Under the pieces are notes generated by a model. The model ran no database searches, was not told the origin of the DNA, and saw only the letters and a program-made list of their open reading frames with translations. Positions 9,559 to 20,357 of a stretch of 64,000 nucleotides of DNA are shown piece by piece. The number at the start of each line of letters is the position of its first letter. The first letter of the stretch is position 1. A program made the position numbers and the translations under genes. This DNA is from an uncultured Spirochaetota bacterium (GTDB lineage Bacteria > Spirochaetota > Brevinematia > Brevinematales > JAOACQ01), in NCBI GenBank assembly GCA_963768055.1, contig CAVYGN010000002.1, forward strand, positions 1,600,001 to 1,664,000, given 5' to 3'.

Positions 9559-10731
9559 ATGATTTATATAGTATTATCGATTGTTTTGATAACCTGCCAG
9601 GTCATCATCCTGGTTTTCCCGTTCATCTATAGGATGCCGATAGAAATGAATGCAGCGGCCCTGATCTCTCTCGGAATTTTGGGACTGCACTGGCTTTTAT
9701 ATCATGATAAAACAGGTATCCATGTCTTCGGGATTATCCTTATGTTTTTTGTTATTTTCATCGGATTTATGTCGCTGGTCAGCACTTATACAGTTCTCAT
9801 AGGGGCCGACAGCGCACGGAATAGAAAACCGGTTGTTTTTGGAGCAGGCGGCGATAAATCGATCGCAATAGTCTATCATCCCGGCGGTTCCGGATTTCAG
9901 AAAAGGATCAATACACTCATTGCCGATAAGCTCGCCCTTAAAGGGTTCAGGGTTACTCTTTATACAGCCAGCCCCAGTCTGAAGATCGACCCGAAAGAGG
10001 TATCGGCCATAATCCTCTCGTCGCCTGTCTACGGCGGCAAACCCCGTCCCCCTTTTGTCGATTTTATAAATAATGCCGGCCTGAAAGGCGTTAAGTGTTA
10101 TGTTATCCTTAGCGGCTGGTTTACAGATATTAACCCTGAAATGAAGGAAACCATGACAGGCAGGATGAAACAGCTTATAGAATCCAGGGGCGGCATATTT
10201 ATCGGCTACCGGAAATTCAGCGCCTTCGTCTCGGATCTGGATAAAGAATCTCTCACTCTGACAGAAAGCCTGGCGGAAAAAATTATAGAAGCTGTTGAAA
10301 ATTATTTTCGTGGCAGGAGTGAAGGTGATCTTGACAGATGCAGTGCAATGCCCGGAGGCACGCTGGGTCAATTAAGAAAAATATTTCGTAAGAACGGGTT
10401 TGATCTAAACGCGGGTTTTCTTATAAGGGAAGATTTCTGTCTGGAAGAGAAGATTGAAATGTCTCTTATAAAATTTGAGAGAAAAATTACCGGGATAAAA
10501 CCGGTTAGATTAGATAAAAATTGCGATCTTTGCGGTGTATGTGCAAGGATCTGCCTGCGAGGCAATATCCGGATAGAAGACAAAAGAATAACATGGAACC
10601 GGGACTGCGAAATGTGCTACGGATGTTTTCAATGGTGCCCCAGGGAAGCGATACATCTTAGAAGCGGCATGGATAAAAAAGCCGGATATCATCATCCTGA
10701 AATTATCCTGAATGATGTTATTTTAAGGTAA
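9559..10731 (+). CDS. membrane protein with flavodoxin-like domain and C-terminal 2x[4Fe-4S] ferredoxin (EFR1-like)
   Basis: Three TM helices, LSSPVYGG, CDLCGVCARIC and CEMCYGCFQWCP; GGAGG before ATG 9559. Confidence 0.7.
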   Translation: MIYIVLSIVLITCQVIILVFPFIYRMPIEMNAAALISLGILGLHWLLYHDKTGIHVFGIILMFFVIFIGFMSLVSTYTVLIGADSARNRKPVVFGAGGDKSIAIVYHPGGSGFQKRINTLIADKLALKGFRVTLYTASPSLKIDPKEVSAIILSSPVYGGKPRPPFVDFINNAGLKGVKCYVILSGWFTDINPEMKETMTGRMKQLIESRGGIFIGYRKFSAFVSDLDKESLTLTESLAEKIIEAVENYFRGRSEGDLDRCSAMPGGTLGQLRKIFRKNGFDLNAGFLIREDFCLEEKIEMSLIKFERKITGIKPVRLDKNCDLCGVCARICLRGNIRIEDKRITWNRDCEMCYGCFQWCPREAIHLRSGMDKKAGYHHPEIILNDVILR

Positions 10732-10769
10732 GCATGAGTATTTTAACAATATTTGGATAGACGACCTTT

Positions 10770-13112
10770 TCACCACTTCATCCAGACTCCCACTTCGGGA
10801 TAGATGCCTATCAAATTGGTATTTTCAACCATAGTACTATAGTTGTTTATATATGTAACATAAGTTACCGGCCTGTAATTATAGACATTGTTTACCTGGA
10901 GGTAAACGCCTGATGGAAGGCCGAACAGCATACCGGTGTATTCAAGCTTAAGGTTGAGGGAATTTACGTCGGGAAGCCGGGCGGAATTGTAGGTGTCCCA
11001 CACCGGAGTATATATAGTATAATTGCCGCTGTTATTTGTCTGGACCGACGCAAGCGGTGTGTACTGGCTGCCTGACTGCCACAGGAATTCCGATGTAAAA
11101 GACCAGTTCTTGCTTAACTGCCATATAACAACCAGGTCCAGCTTGTAAAGGAGGGAGCCCGGGTCGAACCACTCGTCCACAGGAGGGCTGCCATACTGGC
11201 CATATATGTTCAATTCGGGGCCTATAATCAGGGATCCCTGGTCAAGATTAAGAGTGTCGGGGTCAAGGCCGGAAGTGCGGTATCCCCTCACAAAATAGCT
11301 GCTTAAACTCAGCCATCCGTATAACGGGAAATCGTCGCTTTTCTTCGTCAGAAGGAGATCGATCCCATAAATCTGGCGCTGTTCCCCGGCGGTCTGTAAA
11401 AGGTATTCGATATTGGATTCTCGGGAAATGTAATTTTCATATTGTTTAAAATAACCCTCCAGGCTTATATTAAAAACACTGCTGAAATCGAGCCCTGTCC
11501 CCAGGACGTAATGCCAGCAGCCCGGTATGCTAAGGCCGGCGTTAGTGTCAAGGACGGCCAGGTCGAAAGAATCGGAAGGAAATTCCGAAAGATAGCCCAC
11601 GCTTATATAAACCCTGTCCCGGGGTGTAAACCTGTAACCTACCGTAAGGCGCGGATCGAGAGAGTATTTTTTTATATAATCCACGTAATTGAACCTTAAT
11701 CCGTCCTCGATATAAATACTTTTATCGAAGAGATCTGATCGGTTTTCAATAAAGGCCGAATAAATCCCGAACGTCCCCTGGTAGGAATTGTTGTCGAAAA
11801 CAAGCCATTCCCATCCGGTAATCCGATCGTCTGCAAAGCCTCCGATATAGTTTGTATAAAATAGTCCGGGATAATAAATTATCTCCAAGCCGATATCGAA
11901 AGATACGTCTCCGGGCGGGGCGTAGCCGGCGAGCCCCTTGTATCTAAGGTTATACGCAGAGTCCTTCATAAATGTAATACTGTCGGGATTTGTTATTTCT
12001 AAATCATCATAGTTCCACATGGTGCCGAAAGACTGATCAATAGACCATTCCCCTGAAAAAGAGTGTTTCCAGTCAAGGTTAATCACGCTGTTAATATAAT
12101 CCATGATCCCCAGATCATTTACATTATTAGCCGGAACAGCATTTGGTCCGCTATTGGAAAGCCAAAAATTCGTATAGTGCATGGATTCCTCTGAGAAAAG
12201 CCAGACAAGGGAAACCGTATCGGCGCCGTCTTTATACTGGATCTTTCCCTGCGAGTCCAGGTAATACGGGGCATGAAAATTCGAACTTCCCTGGACAAAA
12301 TAAGGCAGGACGAGGTCGTACTGCGTCCTCCTGATCCCCCCGGCGAAATTCCATTTCTGATCTTCCGAAGCTCCCGAAAGAGTAATATATGTGTTGATAA
12401 GCCCCAAGTCAACTTTGCCATGAAACCCCGGTTCCCCCTCGATCGTGTTGACCTGAAGGAGACTCGACATAGCCTGCCCGTGCTCCGCGGGCAGGACTCC
12501 CTTGTAGAGGTCTATGCTGTCGACGATGTCGTCGATAAACACGGAGTCGCCGATAAAGTGATGGTAAGGGTATTGTATCAATGCGTCGTCAAGCAGAGCC
12601 GCGTTTTCATTGCCAGTGCCTCCCCTGACGGAGAGTTTTGTATTATCCTGAAGGTTTCCTATTTGAAGGTCCCCGATACCGAGATCTTCAACCCCCGGCA
12701 TCAGGGTTAACGAGTGCAGCGGGTCGCCTGTGACAGACTCCGGGGCTTTTCCGCGAAGGTCTTTAGGCATGATGTTCTTAGACTCGGTATCCTTCAGCTT
12801 TTCTCCTGTAATGTCAATTTCCGAAAGATAAAGTGAACTTTGGGGGATCAAGTAGAAATATATATTGATATCTGATTTTAGTGTTATCTCTTTCGACTCC
12901 CGGTAATACCCCGCAGCCATCGCCGACATGGTGTAACTTCCTGCCGGAGCGTCGATAATATAAGAACCGTTATCTTCAGTCCGGGCTGTTATTAATGTAT
13001 TTGTTCCCGATTTGAGAACAACCGCAACGGAAGGGATTCCTGCAAGCGTATCGGACCTGAAAACCCTCCCCCTTATCTGGAAACCGAACATCATTGCAGG
13101 CAGAATCAGCAT
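10770..13112 (-). CDS. TonB-dependent receptor-like outer membrane protein
   Basis: N-terminal carboxypeptidase-regulatory-like domain, plug motif MPGV...LSVRGG..NEN, C-terminal aromatic barrel signature GVWMKW; true start may be ATA at 13133. Confidence 0.82.
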   Translation of the reverse strand: MLILPAMMFGFQIRGRVFRSDTLAGIPSVAVVLKSGTNTLITARTEDNGSYIIDAPAGSYTMSAMAAGYYRESKEITLKSDINIYFYLIPQSSLYLSEIDITGEKLKDTESKNIMPKDLRGKAPESVTGDPLHSLTLMPGVEDLGIGDLQIGNLQDNTKLSVRGGTGNENAALLDDALIQYPYHHFIGDSVFIDDIVDSIDLYKGVLPAEHGQAMSSLLQVNTIEGEPGFHGKVDLGLINTYITLSGASEDQKWNFAGGIRRTQYDLVLPYFVQGSSNFHAPYYLDSQGKIQYKDGADTVSLVWLFSEESMHYTNFWLSNSGPNAVPANNVNDLGIMDYINSVINLDWKHSFSGEWSIDQSFGTMWNYDDLEITNPDSITFMKDSAYNLRYKGLAGYAPPGDVSFDIGLEIIYYPGLFYTNYIGGFADDRITGWEWLVFDNNSYQGTFGIYSAFIENRSDLFDKSIYIEDGLRFNYVDYIKKYSLDPRLTVGYRFTPRDRVYISVGYLSEFPSDSFDLAVLDTNAGLSIPGCWHYVLGTGLDFSSVFNISLEGYFKQYENYISRESNIEYLLQTAGEQRQIYGIDLLLTKKSDDFPLYGWLSLSSYFVRGYRTSGLDPDTLNLDQGSLIIGPELNIYGQYGSPPVDEWFDPGSLLYKLDLVVIWQLSKNWSFTSEFLWQSGSQYTPLASVQTNNSGNYTIYTPVWDTYNSARLPDVNSLNLKLEYTGMLFGLPSGVYLQVNNVYNYRPVTYVTYINNYSTMVENTNLIGIYPEVGVWMKW

Positions 13113-13280
13113 CGGTATTAAAAATATACGTATCTGTTATTCCTTCAATATAATTAATATATAATTGTCGGAATAAAAACTATTTAGATTCAGGGATTTT
13201 ACAGGCCCTTTTCGCCGGCAGTTGCAACTTCTTCCAGCACATACCGGGTATCGTTGTAGCCGCTTACCTTGAGGTTTAGT

Positions 13281-15449
13281 CTATTTCCCGGATTCTTCCA
13301 TCAGGTTTCCTTTCAGGTCGAACTGTACTACCGCACCCGCTGAATATTTTTTGCCGCCTATCTCCGTGTCATCAGACAGGGTGCCTTTTTTAAGAGATCC
13401 GTTTTCGTAGAATGTCAGCGAGGTCCATTTCTGGAAGGTAATTCCCTTCAGCTTGGTATCATCCCGAAGAGACCCGCTCAGGAGTTTTCCGGAGGGATAG
13501 AAACTGGCGTAGCTGTTTTTTTTGAAAACAATGTCCTGGCCTTCGCCCTTTAAATAACAGTCGCTTGAAAGCATACCATTGGAAACAATGCCGTTTTCAT
13601 AAAGGGCAATATCCGAACCCTGCCTGAATTCCGTATCCTGAAGCGTTAGAGCCCGTGAAAGGGTGGCGCTTTTGACTTTGCCCGATTTATAAAATGCCAC
13701 CCTCCCGTTGATTTCAAGATCACCTATAGTAGTTTCATGAGATAAAATCACGTTTTCAACAGCCCCTGTGTCATAAAATGAAATTCCCGGCAAATATACG
13801 TTCGATAACGATTGGTTTGTGCCGAGATCGTTGGTGATAATTTTAATTAAAGGTTTTAAACTTATCCCTTCAAGGGCCTCGGTTTCATCCGCGAGCGCGC
13901 CGTTAGATATTACGCCGTTGGAATATAAGGAAATAACCGTACCGCCTTTAAATACAAGAGAGGAAAATCCCTTCATGAGTTCCTGGTCGCCGGATAATGT
14001 TCCGGAGAGTACCCTTCCATTGGGGTAGAACAGAATTTCGGAATTAGACTGGTATGCGATATTTTGTATTGCTGCATTCTCGACCGTTCTTACCTCCGAT
14101 AAACCTCCGTCCTGGTAGAAACGTGCAAAAGTTCCTGTTTTATAAACGAATCCCCTGATCGAGGCATCCGCTCCGAGCGTTCCGGAAAGCGCGCTGCCGT
14201 CGGGATAAAAGGCCGTTTCAAAACCGCCCAGGAAAGTCCTTTTTCCTATCGTTATATTAGTGTCCGTCGTGCCCAGTTTAACATGCAAAACGCCGTAAAA
14301 TTCAATCCTGGTTTCAGCCTTGAAAGGATAGGGGCCTATGACCGTCCTATCGGCTATCGTGCCTGAAACCACTGCGCCTTTATTGTCGAATGATATCTTT
14401 TCGCCGTCCTTCCAGTTTATTCCTCCTATGTTTGTCTTATCGGAAAGGGTCGCGGACATCACGGATCCGTTCTCGAAAAAGGAGATATCAGAGTAACCTT
14501 TGCAGGGAAGCCCTTTAATCACGGTATTGTCGTAAAGCGTGCCGGAGGAAACGCTTCCGTTTTTGAAGAAACCAAGAGAGTAACCCCCCTTGTATTTTAT
14601 ACCGTCGATTTTAGCGTCGTCGGCCAGGTCTAATTTTTCAGGCAGAATCATCTGACCCGATTTGGAGAGATTGAGCCTGGTGCTTCCAGGAAGTTTCATA
14701 TGCCTCATTTTTATAGAGTAAGATATAATGCCGCTTTTCGGCCTTCCGCTTCCGTAAAGGGTGATTTCACTGCCTCCCTTGAACGGTATGCCTCCGATAA
14801 GCATGTCTTTCGGCAGGTCGACTGTTTGGGGAAGGGATGGAAAGCCGTTTTCCGAGAAGAATATCTCGGCACCGCTGCCGACCGGGATGCCGCCGATAAC
14901 AGCATCGCCCGACAAAATCAGTCCCATAATCCCGCCGGATTCATAGAAATAGATTTCCGTTTCAGCCGGAAGCTTTATCCCCTGCATGAGAGTTTCCTCT
15001 GCCAATGTTCCGTAAGAGGCTTTACCGGAGTCATAAAAGTAAATATCGCTGCCCCCTTTGAACAGTATCCCCTGTAACTTTGTATCCTCGACCAGCTCCA
15101 TTTTTGAAGGCATAAGGACCCTGCCGCCGGCATCGAATAACAGAGACAGGCCCGCGGGAAAGAGAATGCCCTGGATCCTTGTATCGGAGTCGAGTTTAAC
15201 AGCGGCGATCTTTTCATTTTTTAAATAAATTTCCGCATAGGCATGAAATTTTATGCCCTGAATTTCGGATTCGTCGATAAGTTTTATATATATGAGTTTT
15301 TTATTCGCATCGATCGCGACTTCCGTGCCCTCTTTAAGGAAGAAACCATGATAAGTGCGGTCATTCGTGAGAGTTATTGTTTTTCCCTCAAAGGGATAAA
15401 TACAAGTGAAGAATGATAAAAACATTGCCGATAATATTATTTTTTTCAT
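13281..15449 (-). CDS. exported protein built of ~30-aa beta repeats (MORN-variant-like)
   Basis: Signal peptide, then about 20 repeats of FYxxGxxxSGTLxxDTxIxGxxFKxGxxIx. Confidence 0.75.
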   Translation of the reverse strand: MKKIILSAMFLSFFTCIYPFEGKTITLTNDRTYHGFFLKEGTEVAIDANKKLIYIKLIDESEIQGIKFHAYAEIYLKNEKIAAVKLDSDTRIQGILFPAGLSLLFDAGGRVLMPSKMELVEDTKLQGILFKGGSDIYFYDSGKASYGTLAEETLMQGIKLPAETEIYFYESGGIMGLILSGDAVIGGIPVGSGAEIFFSENGFPSLPQTVDLPKDMLIGGIPFKGGSEITLYGSGRPKSGIISYSIKMRHMKLPGSTRLNLSKSGQMILPEKLDLADDAKIDGIKYKGGYSLGFFKNGSVSSGTLYDNTVIKGLPCKGYSDISFFENGSVMSATLSDKTNIGGINWKDGEKISFDNKGAVVSGTIADRTVIGPYPFKAETRIEFYGVLHVKLGTTDTNITIGKRTFLGGFETAFYPDGSALSGTLGADASIRGFVYKTGTFARFYQDGGLSEVRTVENAAIQNIAYQSNSEILFYPNGRVLSGTLSGDQELMKGFSSLVFKGGTVISLYSNGVISNGALADETEALEGISLKPLIKIITNDLGTNQSLSNVYLPGISFYDTGAVENVILSHETTIGDLEINGRVAFYKSGKVKSATLSRALTLQDTEFRQGSDIALYENGIVSNGMLSSDCYLKGEGQDIVFKKNSYASFYPSGKLLSGSLRDDTKLKGITFQKWTSLTFYENGSLKKGTLSDDTEIGGKKYSAGAVVQFDLKGNLMEESGK

Positions 15450-15465
15450 AAAACCACCCCTGAGC

Positions 15466-16794
15466 CTACTTTATATTGCCGGAACTGTCGAACTTGACCT
15501 CTGTCAATGCCTCGACTTTCCTGCCGTTAATCTCAGTGTTTTTCAGGGGCTTAGCCGAGAGAAGGACACCGTTTGTGTCCAGTTTTATATATGTGCCGGC
15601 TTCCAGGCTGAATTTATAAAAATTGCGGCTTTCCCCGATAGTTCCGCCGCTGACCTGTCCGGTTTCGAAGAATGAAACGCTTGTATTTTTCTGGAATTTA
15701 ATGCCGCCGTAAGATGTATCGTCAGCCGGTTTTACCGATTTTAATTTTCCGGATTCGTAAAGAGAAACAAGGGTACCGGTAGTAATCTGTATGCCGGACA
15801 GGGATGTGTTCTCTCCCGATATCCCCGTATAGAGCTTTCCCGAAGGATAAAGAGAAGCCTTCGACCCTGCTTTCAGCAGGATTCCGCCTGCACTGGCGTC
15901 CTGGGCCATAATACCGGAAGAAAGCTCACCGGTCTCGTAGAAGTCGAGTTCCGTCCCCTCCTTGAAAACAAAAGGCGGGAAACCGGCATCATTTTTAAGA
16001 ATAGCGCTTTCTAGAGCGCCGGAATCGTAAAATTTAAGTAATGTGCCATCTTTGAAATTCATATTTTTAATTACCTTATCTTCGCCAAGGGTTCCCTTTC
16101 CTACGGTTTCGAACGGACCGAAAGAGACCTCGGTTCCGCCCTTGAAAACCATGCCCTGTATTTTCGTGTTTTCAAGTAAATCTATGCTTTCAGGCATGAT
16201 GAGTGCTCCTGTTTTGTCGAAATATAAGAGGGTTCCGGATTTAAAAAGGATGCCCTGGACCCTGGCGTCCGATCCCAGGCGGGCTGTATCCAGGCTTCCC
16301 CCGGAGCTGAATCCCAGTTCCGTACCCGCCGGAAAATCCATGTTCCTAATCCTGGCGTTCGAACAGAGAGTCGCCGACACAAGGGTTCCCGATTCGACGA
16401 AGTTGACCGGAGTGGAGGCTTTGCAGGGGATGGAATCTATCAGCGTATCCGATCCCGGTATTACAAAATCCAGCTTGCCGTTTTCATAGAAATAGGGTGT
16501 TGAGAAGGCCTTGAACTTCCTGCCCTGGATAACCGAATCTTCGGCAAGAACGCAGGACCTCAGGTTCCCCGACTCATAAAAGGAAATTTCATAACCCTTG
16601 CGGCAGGCAAAGCCATGAACCCTGACGTTTTCATTTAAAACCCCCGACTTCAGGCTTCCCGAGGGATACTTGTAAATCCATCCGCTCCTGATGGGCAGAC
16701 CCTGGATCTTTCCCGTAACTCCGAAATATTTCCACCCGGCATGCAGGGCCATCGGATAAATAAATAATAATGCGGTTATGATCCAGATTTTCAT
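15466..16794 (-). CDS. exported protein built of ~30-aa beta repeats (paralog of neighbour)
   Basis: Same repeat, e.g. FYESGNLRSCVLAEDSVIQGRKFKAFSTPY; ATG 16794 overlaps the aroC stop (ATGA). Confidence 0.75.
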   Translation of the reverse strand: MKIWIITALLFIYPMALHAGWKYFGVTGKIQGLPIRSGWIYKYPSGSLKSGVLNENVRVHGFACRKGYEISFYESGNLRSCVLAEDSVIQGRKFKAFSTPYFYENGKLDFVIPGSDTLIDSIPCKASTPVNFVESGTLVSATLCSNARIRNMDFPAGTELGFSSGGSLDTARLGSDARVQGILFKSGTLLYFDKTGALIMPESIDLLENTKIQGMVFKGGTEVSFGPFETVGKGTLGEDKVIKNMNFKDGTLLKFYDSGALESAILKNDAGFPPFVFKEGTELDFYETGELSSGIMAQDASAGGILLKAGSKASLYPSGKLYTGISGENTSLSGIQITTGTLVSLYESGKLKSVKPADDTSYGGIKFQKNTSVSFFETGQVSGGTIGESRNFYKFSLEAGTYIKLDTNGVLLSAKPLKNTEINGRKVEALTEVKFDSSGNIK

Positions 16795-17945
16795 AATTCC
16801 TCCCATCGGAACATAGACAGGGCCGGATCGTTTTTAAAGTTCCGTTTTATGAGTTCCAGATTGTCCCCTCCGTATCGTGAAATTATTGCATTGGCTATAT
16901 CGACGGCGACGACATTTTCGATGACAACCCCGCAAGCTGCAATGGCCGTAACATCGGACCTTTCCGTCGCCGCATTTTCCGCTTCTTTTGTGCCGATGTT
17001 GACCGACATTAGCGGAGCCATAAGAGTAGGAATGGGCTTCATAACCGACCTGAAGACGATCGGCGAGCCGTTGGTCATTCCTCCTTCGAATCCACCCGCA
17101 TGATTGGTCTTTCTGTAATACTTTTTCAGGCTGTCGTTATAATATATCTCATCATGAGCGAATTTTCCAGGTGTCGAAGCATAATTAAATCCGATGCCGA
17201 ATTCGATGCCTTTGACGGCCTGGACCCCGAGAACGGTACAGGCTATCCTGGAATCCAGCTTTTCGCCGAAAGTCTGAAAACTTCCCAGGAAGGGAGGTAC
17301 GGGGCTTATGATCGTTTCAATCACGCCTCCCACCGTATCCCCGGCGGTTTTAGCGCTGTCTATAAGTTCTTTTATCTTTTCCAGGGTACAGGTGTCGCAG
17401 GCACTCCTGATCTGTGAATCGGCGGCCCTCTTTTTTATTTCACCTATAGAAAGCCCTGAGGTATCGACTTCAATACCTCCCCAATTGACCACATGTGAAA
17501 AGATATCTATACCGAATTCATTTAGAAAAATCCGGGCTATGCTTCCGGCGGCAACCCTTGCAGCTGTCTCACGGGCGCTGGACCGTTCAAGGACCCTCCG
17601 TATATCGTCAGTCATACCGAATTTGTAAGCCCCTGTAAGATCGGCATGTCCCGGGCGGGGCCTTTGAACGCTTTCCGTTTTTTTGTTTTTCCAATTTTCA
17701 TAATCTTTGTTCCAGATAAGGATATTGATCGGAGCACCGTTTGTAATGCCGCCAATTACTCCGGATAATATATCCGCCCGGTCGCTTTCGATTTTCATTC
17801 TCGACCCGCGCCCGTATCCCCCCTGCCTGGCTGACAATTGCCTGTCGATAAAATCAACATTGATCTTCAGATTTGATGGAATCCCCTTGATGATCACAGA
17901 CAAGCCTCTACCATGCGATTCGCCCGAGGTGATATATTCAATCAT
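16791..17945 (-). CDS. aroC: chorismate synthase
   Basis: TSGESHG, PRPGHADL, ERSSARET, NHAGGFEGGMTNG, MKPIPTL, ERSD. Confidence 0.97.
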   Translation of the reverse strand: MIEYITSGESHGRGLSVIIKGIPSNLKINVDFIDRQLSARQGGYGRGSRMKIESDRADILSGVIGGITNGAPINILIWNKDYENWKNKKTESVQRPRPGHADLTGAYKFGMTDDIRRVLERSSARETAARVAAGSIARIFLNEFGIDIFSHVVNWGGIEVDTSGLSIGEIKKRAADSQIRSACDTCTLEKIKELIDSAKTAGDTVGGVIETIISPVPPFLGSFQTFGEKLDSRIACTVLGVQAVKGIEFGIGFNYASTPGKFAHDEIYYNDSLKKYYRKTNHAGGFEGGMTNGSPIVFRSVMKPIPTLMAPLMSVNIGTKEAENAATERSDVTAIAACGVVIENVVAVDIANAIISRYGGDNLELIKRNFKNDPALSMFRWEEL

Positions 17946-18010
17946 ACAACTACCCTTATTATTGATTTTCAATAGAGATAATTCTATTCTAATTGGAAAA
18001 AATCAAAATA

Positions 18011-19570
18011 TCAATCAATCCTGAAATGAGCGCCGATGCTTTCCCTATTGGCGCGGGCATGCCTGGCGACCAGGAGGGCGGTCTGGACTGCATTTCTCAG
18101 TTCTATAATGGTCCTGCAGACCTTTGTATCGCGGTAAAAGTCCTCGACGTCGACATTCAGATTATTAAGATCGATTATAGCACGTCTCAATCTTTTCGAT
18201 CCTCTGACGGCACCTACATAATTCCACATTATATTTTTAAGAAGGTTCCAATCCTGGTTGATAAGGGCAGGGTCCGCTTTATCCGAAACCCCTGTATCTA
18301 TCCAGTCGAGGATCTTTGAAGACCCCGGATCGGTCAGATAATCTTTCTTATTTTTGCCGATATAGGCGGCGGTCCTCTTCCCGAAAATAACGCCTTCGAG
18401 TAATGATGTGCTGGCAAGCCTGTTCGCGCCATGAAGCCCCGTGCAGGCCACTTCTCCGACTGCAAAAAGACGTTCTATATTCGTCCTGCCGTTCATATCG
18501 GTGAGTATGCCTCCGCAGGAGTAATGAAAAGCGGGAACTATCGGTACAGGCGCAAGGGTCAAATCGAAGCCGTATTCAATGCAGGTACTGTAGATATGGG
18601 GGAACCTCGTTTTTATCTTTTCAGGCCCCATCCCGGTAATATCCAGATAAACGAATTTTTCTCCCGATTCGAGCATCTCGTTAAGTATTGCCCTTGTAAC
18701 GATGTCCCTCGGGGCGAGCTCTTTCAGAGGATGGTAGTCTTCCATGAATGCCCGGCCGTTTTTATCTATGATTACAGCCCCTTCTCCCCTCACGGATTCG
18801 GATATTAGAAAATTATGTGCCTTGGGATGATAGAGAGTCGTGGGGTGAAACTGGGTGTATTCCATATTAATAAGCCTGGCCCCGGCCCGATTGGCCATGG
18901 CGTAGCCGTCCCCCGTAGCCTGGACCGGATTTGTCGTATGAAGGTATATCTGCCCCAATCCCCCTGTGGCGAGGATTACGATCCTTGAAAGAATCTTTAT
19001 CACTTTATTAATTTTATTGTCAACCGCGTAAACGCCCATGGATGTAATGGGCTGGTATTTGCGGTATTTGTCTGTGGAATGGTGGTCAAGCGTAATTATG
19101 TCAATCACGGTATGATCGGTGAGAAATGTTATGTTTTCGCAGTTCTCCAGGGTTTTGAGCGCTTTTTTCTCTATGCTTCTGCCGGTAGAATCGAAGGTAT
19201 GAAGGATCCTGCGGGTCGAATGCGCCCCCTCCTCGGTCAGATCGAAACGGCCCTTTCCATCCTTCGAGAATTCAACGCCGAAGTTCCTGATAAGGACTTC
19301 CTCGACCGCGCTTTCGGATTCCAGGGCCACCACACGGACCGCTTCCGGATTCGATATGCCGCCGCCTGCACTCATTATATCCTCGTATAAAAGCCCGGAA
19401 GAATCTTTTTTCCCCTTGTAAACTATACCGCCCTGGGCATGAAAGGTATTGCTCTCTTCGAGGCTTTCCGCCTTGTTGATAAGGCAAACTGAAAAGCCGT
19501 CCTTTGAGAGATAATAAGCGCTTACACAGCCGGCGATTCCGCTGCCGACGACAACTGCGTCGAATTCCAT
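18011..19570 (-). CDS. nadB: L-aspartate oxidase
   Basis: GSGIAG, AQGGI, EGAHSTRRILH, QFHPT, SESVRGEG, LHGANRLASTSLLEG. Confidence 0.95.
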   Translation of the reverse strand: MEFDAVVVGSGIAGCVSAYYLSKDGFSVCLINKAESLEESNTFHAQGGIVYKGKKDSSGLLYEDIMSAGGGISNPEAVRVVALESESAVEEVLIRNFGVEFSKDGKGRFDLTEEGAHSTRRILHTFDSTGRSIEKKALKTLENCENITFLTDHTVIDIITLDHHSTDKYRKYQPITSMGVYAVDNKINKVIKILSRIVILATGGLGQIYLHTTNPVQATGDGYAMANRAGARLINMEYTQFHPTTLYHPKAHNFLISESVRGEGAVIIDKNGRAFMEDYHPLKELAPRDIVTRAILNEMLESGEKFVYLDITGMGPEKIKTRFPHIYSTCIEYGFDLTLAPVPIVPAFHYSCGGILTDMNGRTNIERLFAVGEVACTGLHGANRLASTSLLEGVIFGKRTAAYIGKNKKDYLTDPGSSKILDWIDTGVSDKADPALINQDWNLLKNIMWNYVGAVRGSKRLRRAIIDLNNLNVDVEDFYRDTKVCRTIIELRNAVQTALLVARHARANRESIGAHFRID

Positions 19571-19585
19571 CGGTACCTCCTGTAA

Positions 19586-20353
19586 CTACAGGCTGGAAAG
19601 GATAAGCGGTTCGCCGTCTGTAACGGCTATGGAATGTTCCCAATGGGCCGCATATTTATGGTCGGCTGTAACTACTGTCCATCCGTCTTTCTCAATTCTG
19701 ATCTCATGGCTTCCCAGGGTTATCATAGGCTCAATTGCAAGGACCATTCCCTTTTTAAGTCTCGGCCCTTTGCGCTTCGGATCGTAATAATTAACAATAG
19801 GCGGTTCTTCATGCAGCGCTTTACCGACTCCATGGCCGCAGTAATCCCGGATAATGCCGTAACCCCTTGGATTGAGATAAAAGTAAATCGCTTTTCCTAT
19901 ATCGTTCAAGTAATTGCCCTCCCTGGCGGCGTCGATACCCAGCATCAGTGCGGTCCTCGTGTCCTCGACGAGTTTTCTATGATCGGGTTTAATGCTTCCT
20001 ACGGCATATGTGTATGCCGCGTCCCCGTAATAACCCGAAAGTATTGTTCCGACGTCGATGCTGACAATATCCCCGTCTTTGAGAATGTAATCGCCTGGTA
20101 TTCCATGGATGACCTGATCGTTGACAGAAATGCAGGTCGCCGCCGGGTATTTCGGAATACGGGGCGAGGGAGTGTAGCCCTTAAAAGAGGCAGTCGCGCC
20201 CTTCGACAGGATAAAATCCTCGGAAATCCGGTCGAGTTCCCTGGTACTGATGCCGGCTTTTACACTCTTTTTTAAAAGGTTAAAAAGCTCGGCGATAATG
20301 CGGTTGCTTTTCCTTATGTATTCAATTTCGAAACTGTTTTTTAATTGGATCAT
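19586..20353 (-). CDS. map: type I methionine aminopeptidase
   Basis: CISVND.VIHGIP, DVG...GD, GHGVG..LHEEP, AIEPM, AHWEHS; start refined to ATG 20353. Confidence 0.96.
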   Translation of the reverse strand: MIQLKNSFEIEYIRKSNRIIAELFNLLKKSVKAGISTRELDRISEDFILSKGATASFKGYTPSPRIPKYPAATCISVNDQVIHGIPGDYILKDGDIVSIDVGTILSGYYGDAAYTYAVGSIKPDHRKLVEDTRTALMLGIDAAREGNYLNDIGKAIYFYLNPRGYGIIRDYCGHGVGKALHEEPPIVNYYDPKRKGPRLKKGMVLAIEPMITLGSHEIRIEKDGWTVVTADHKYAAHWEHSIAVTDGEPLILSSL

Positions 20354-20357
20354 TTTT

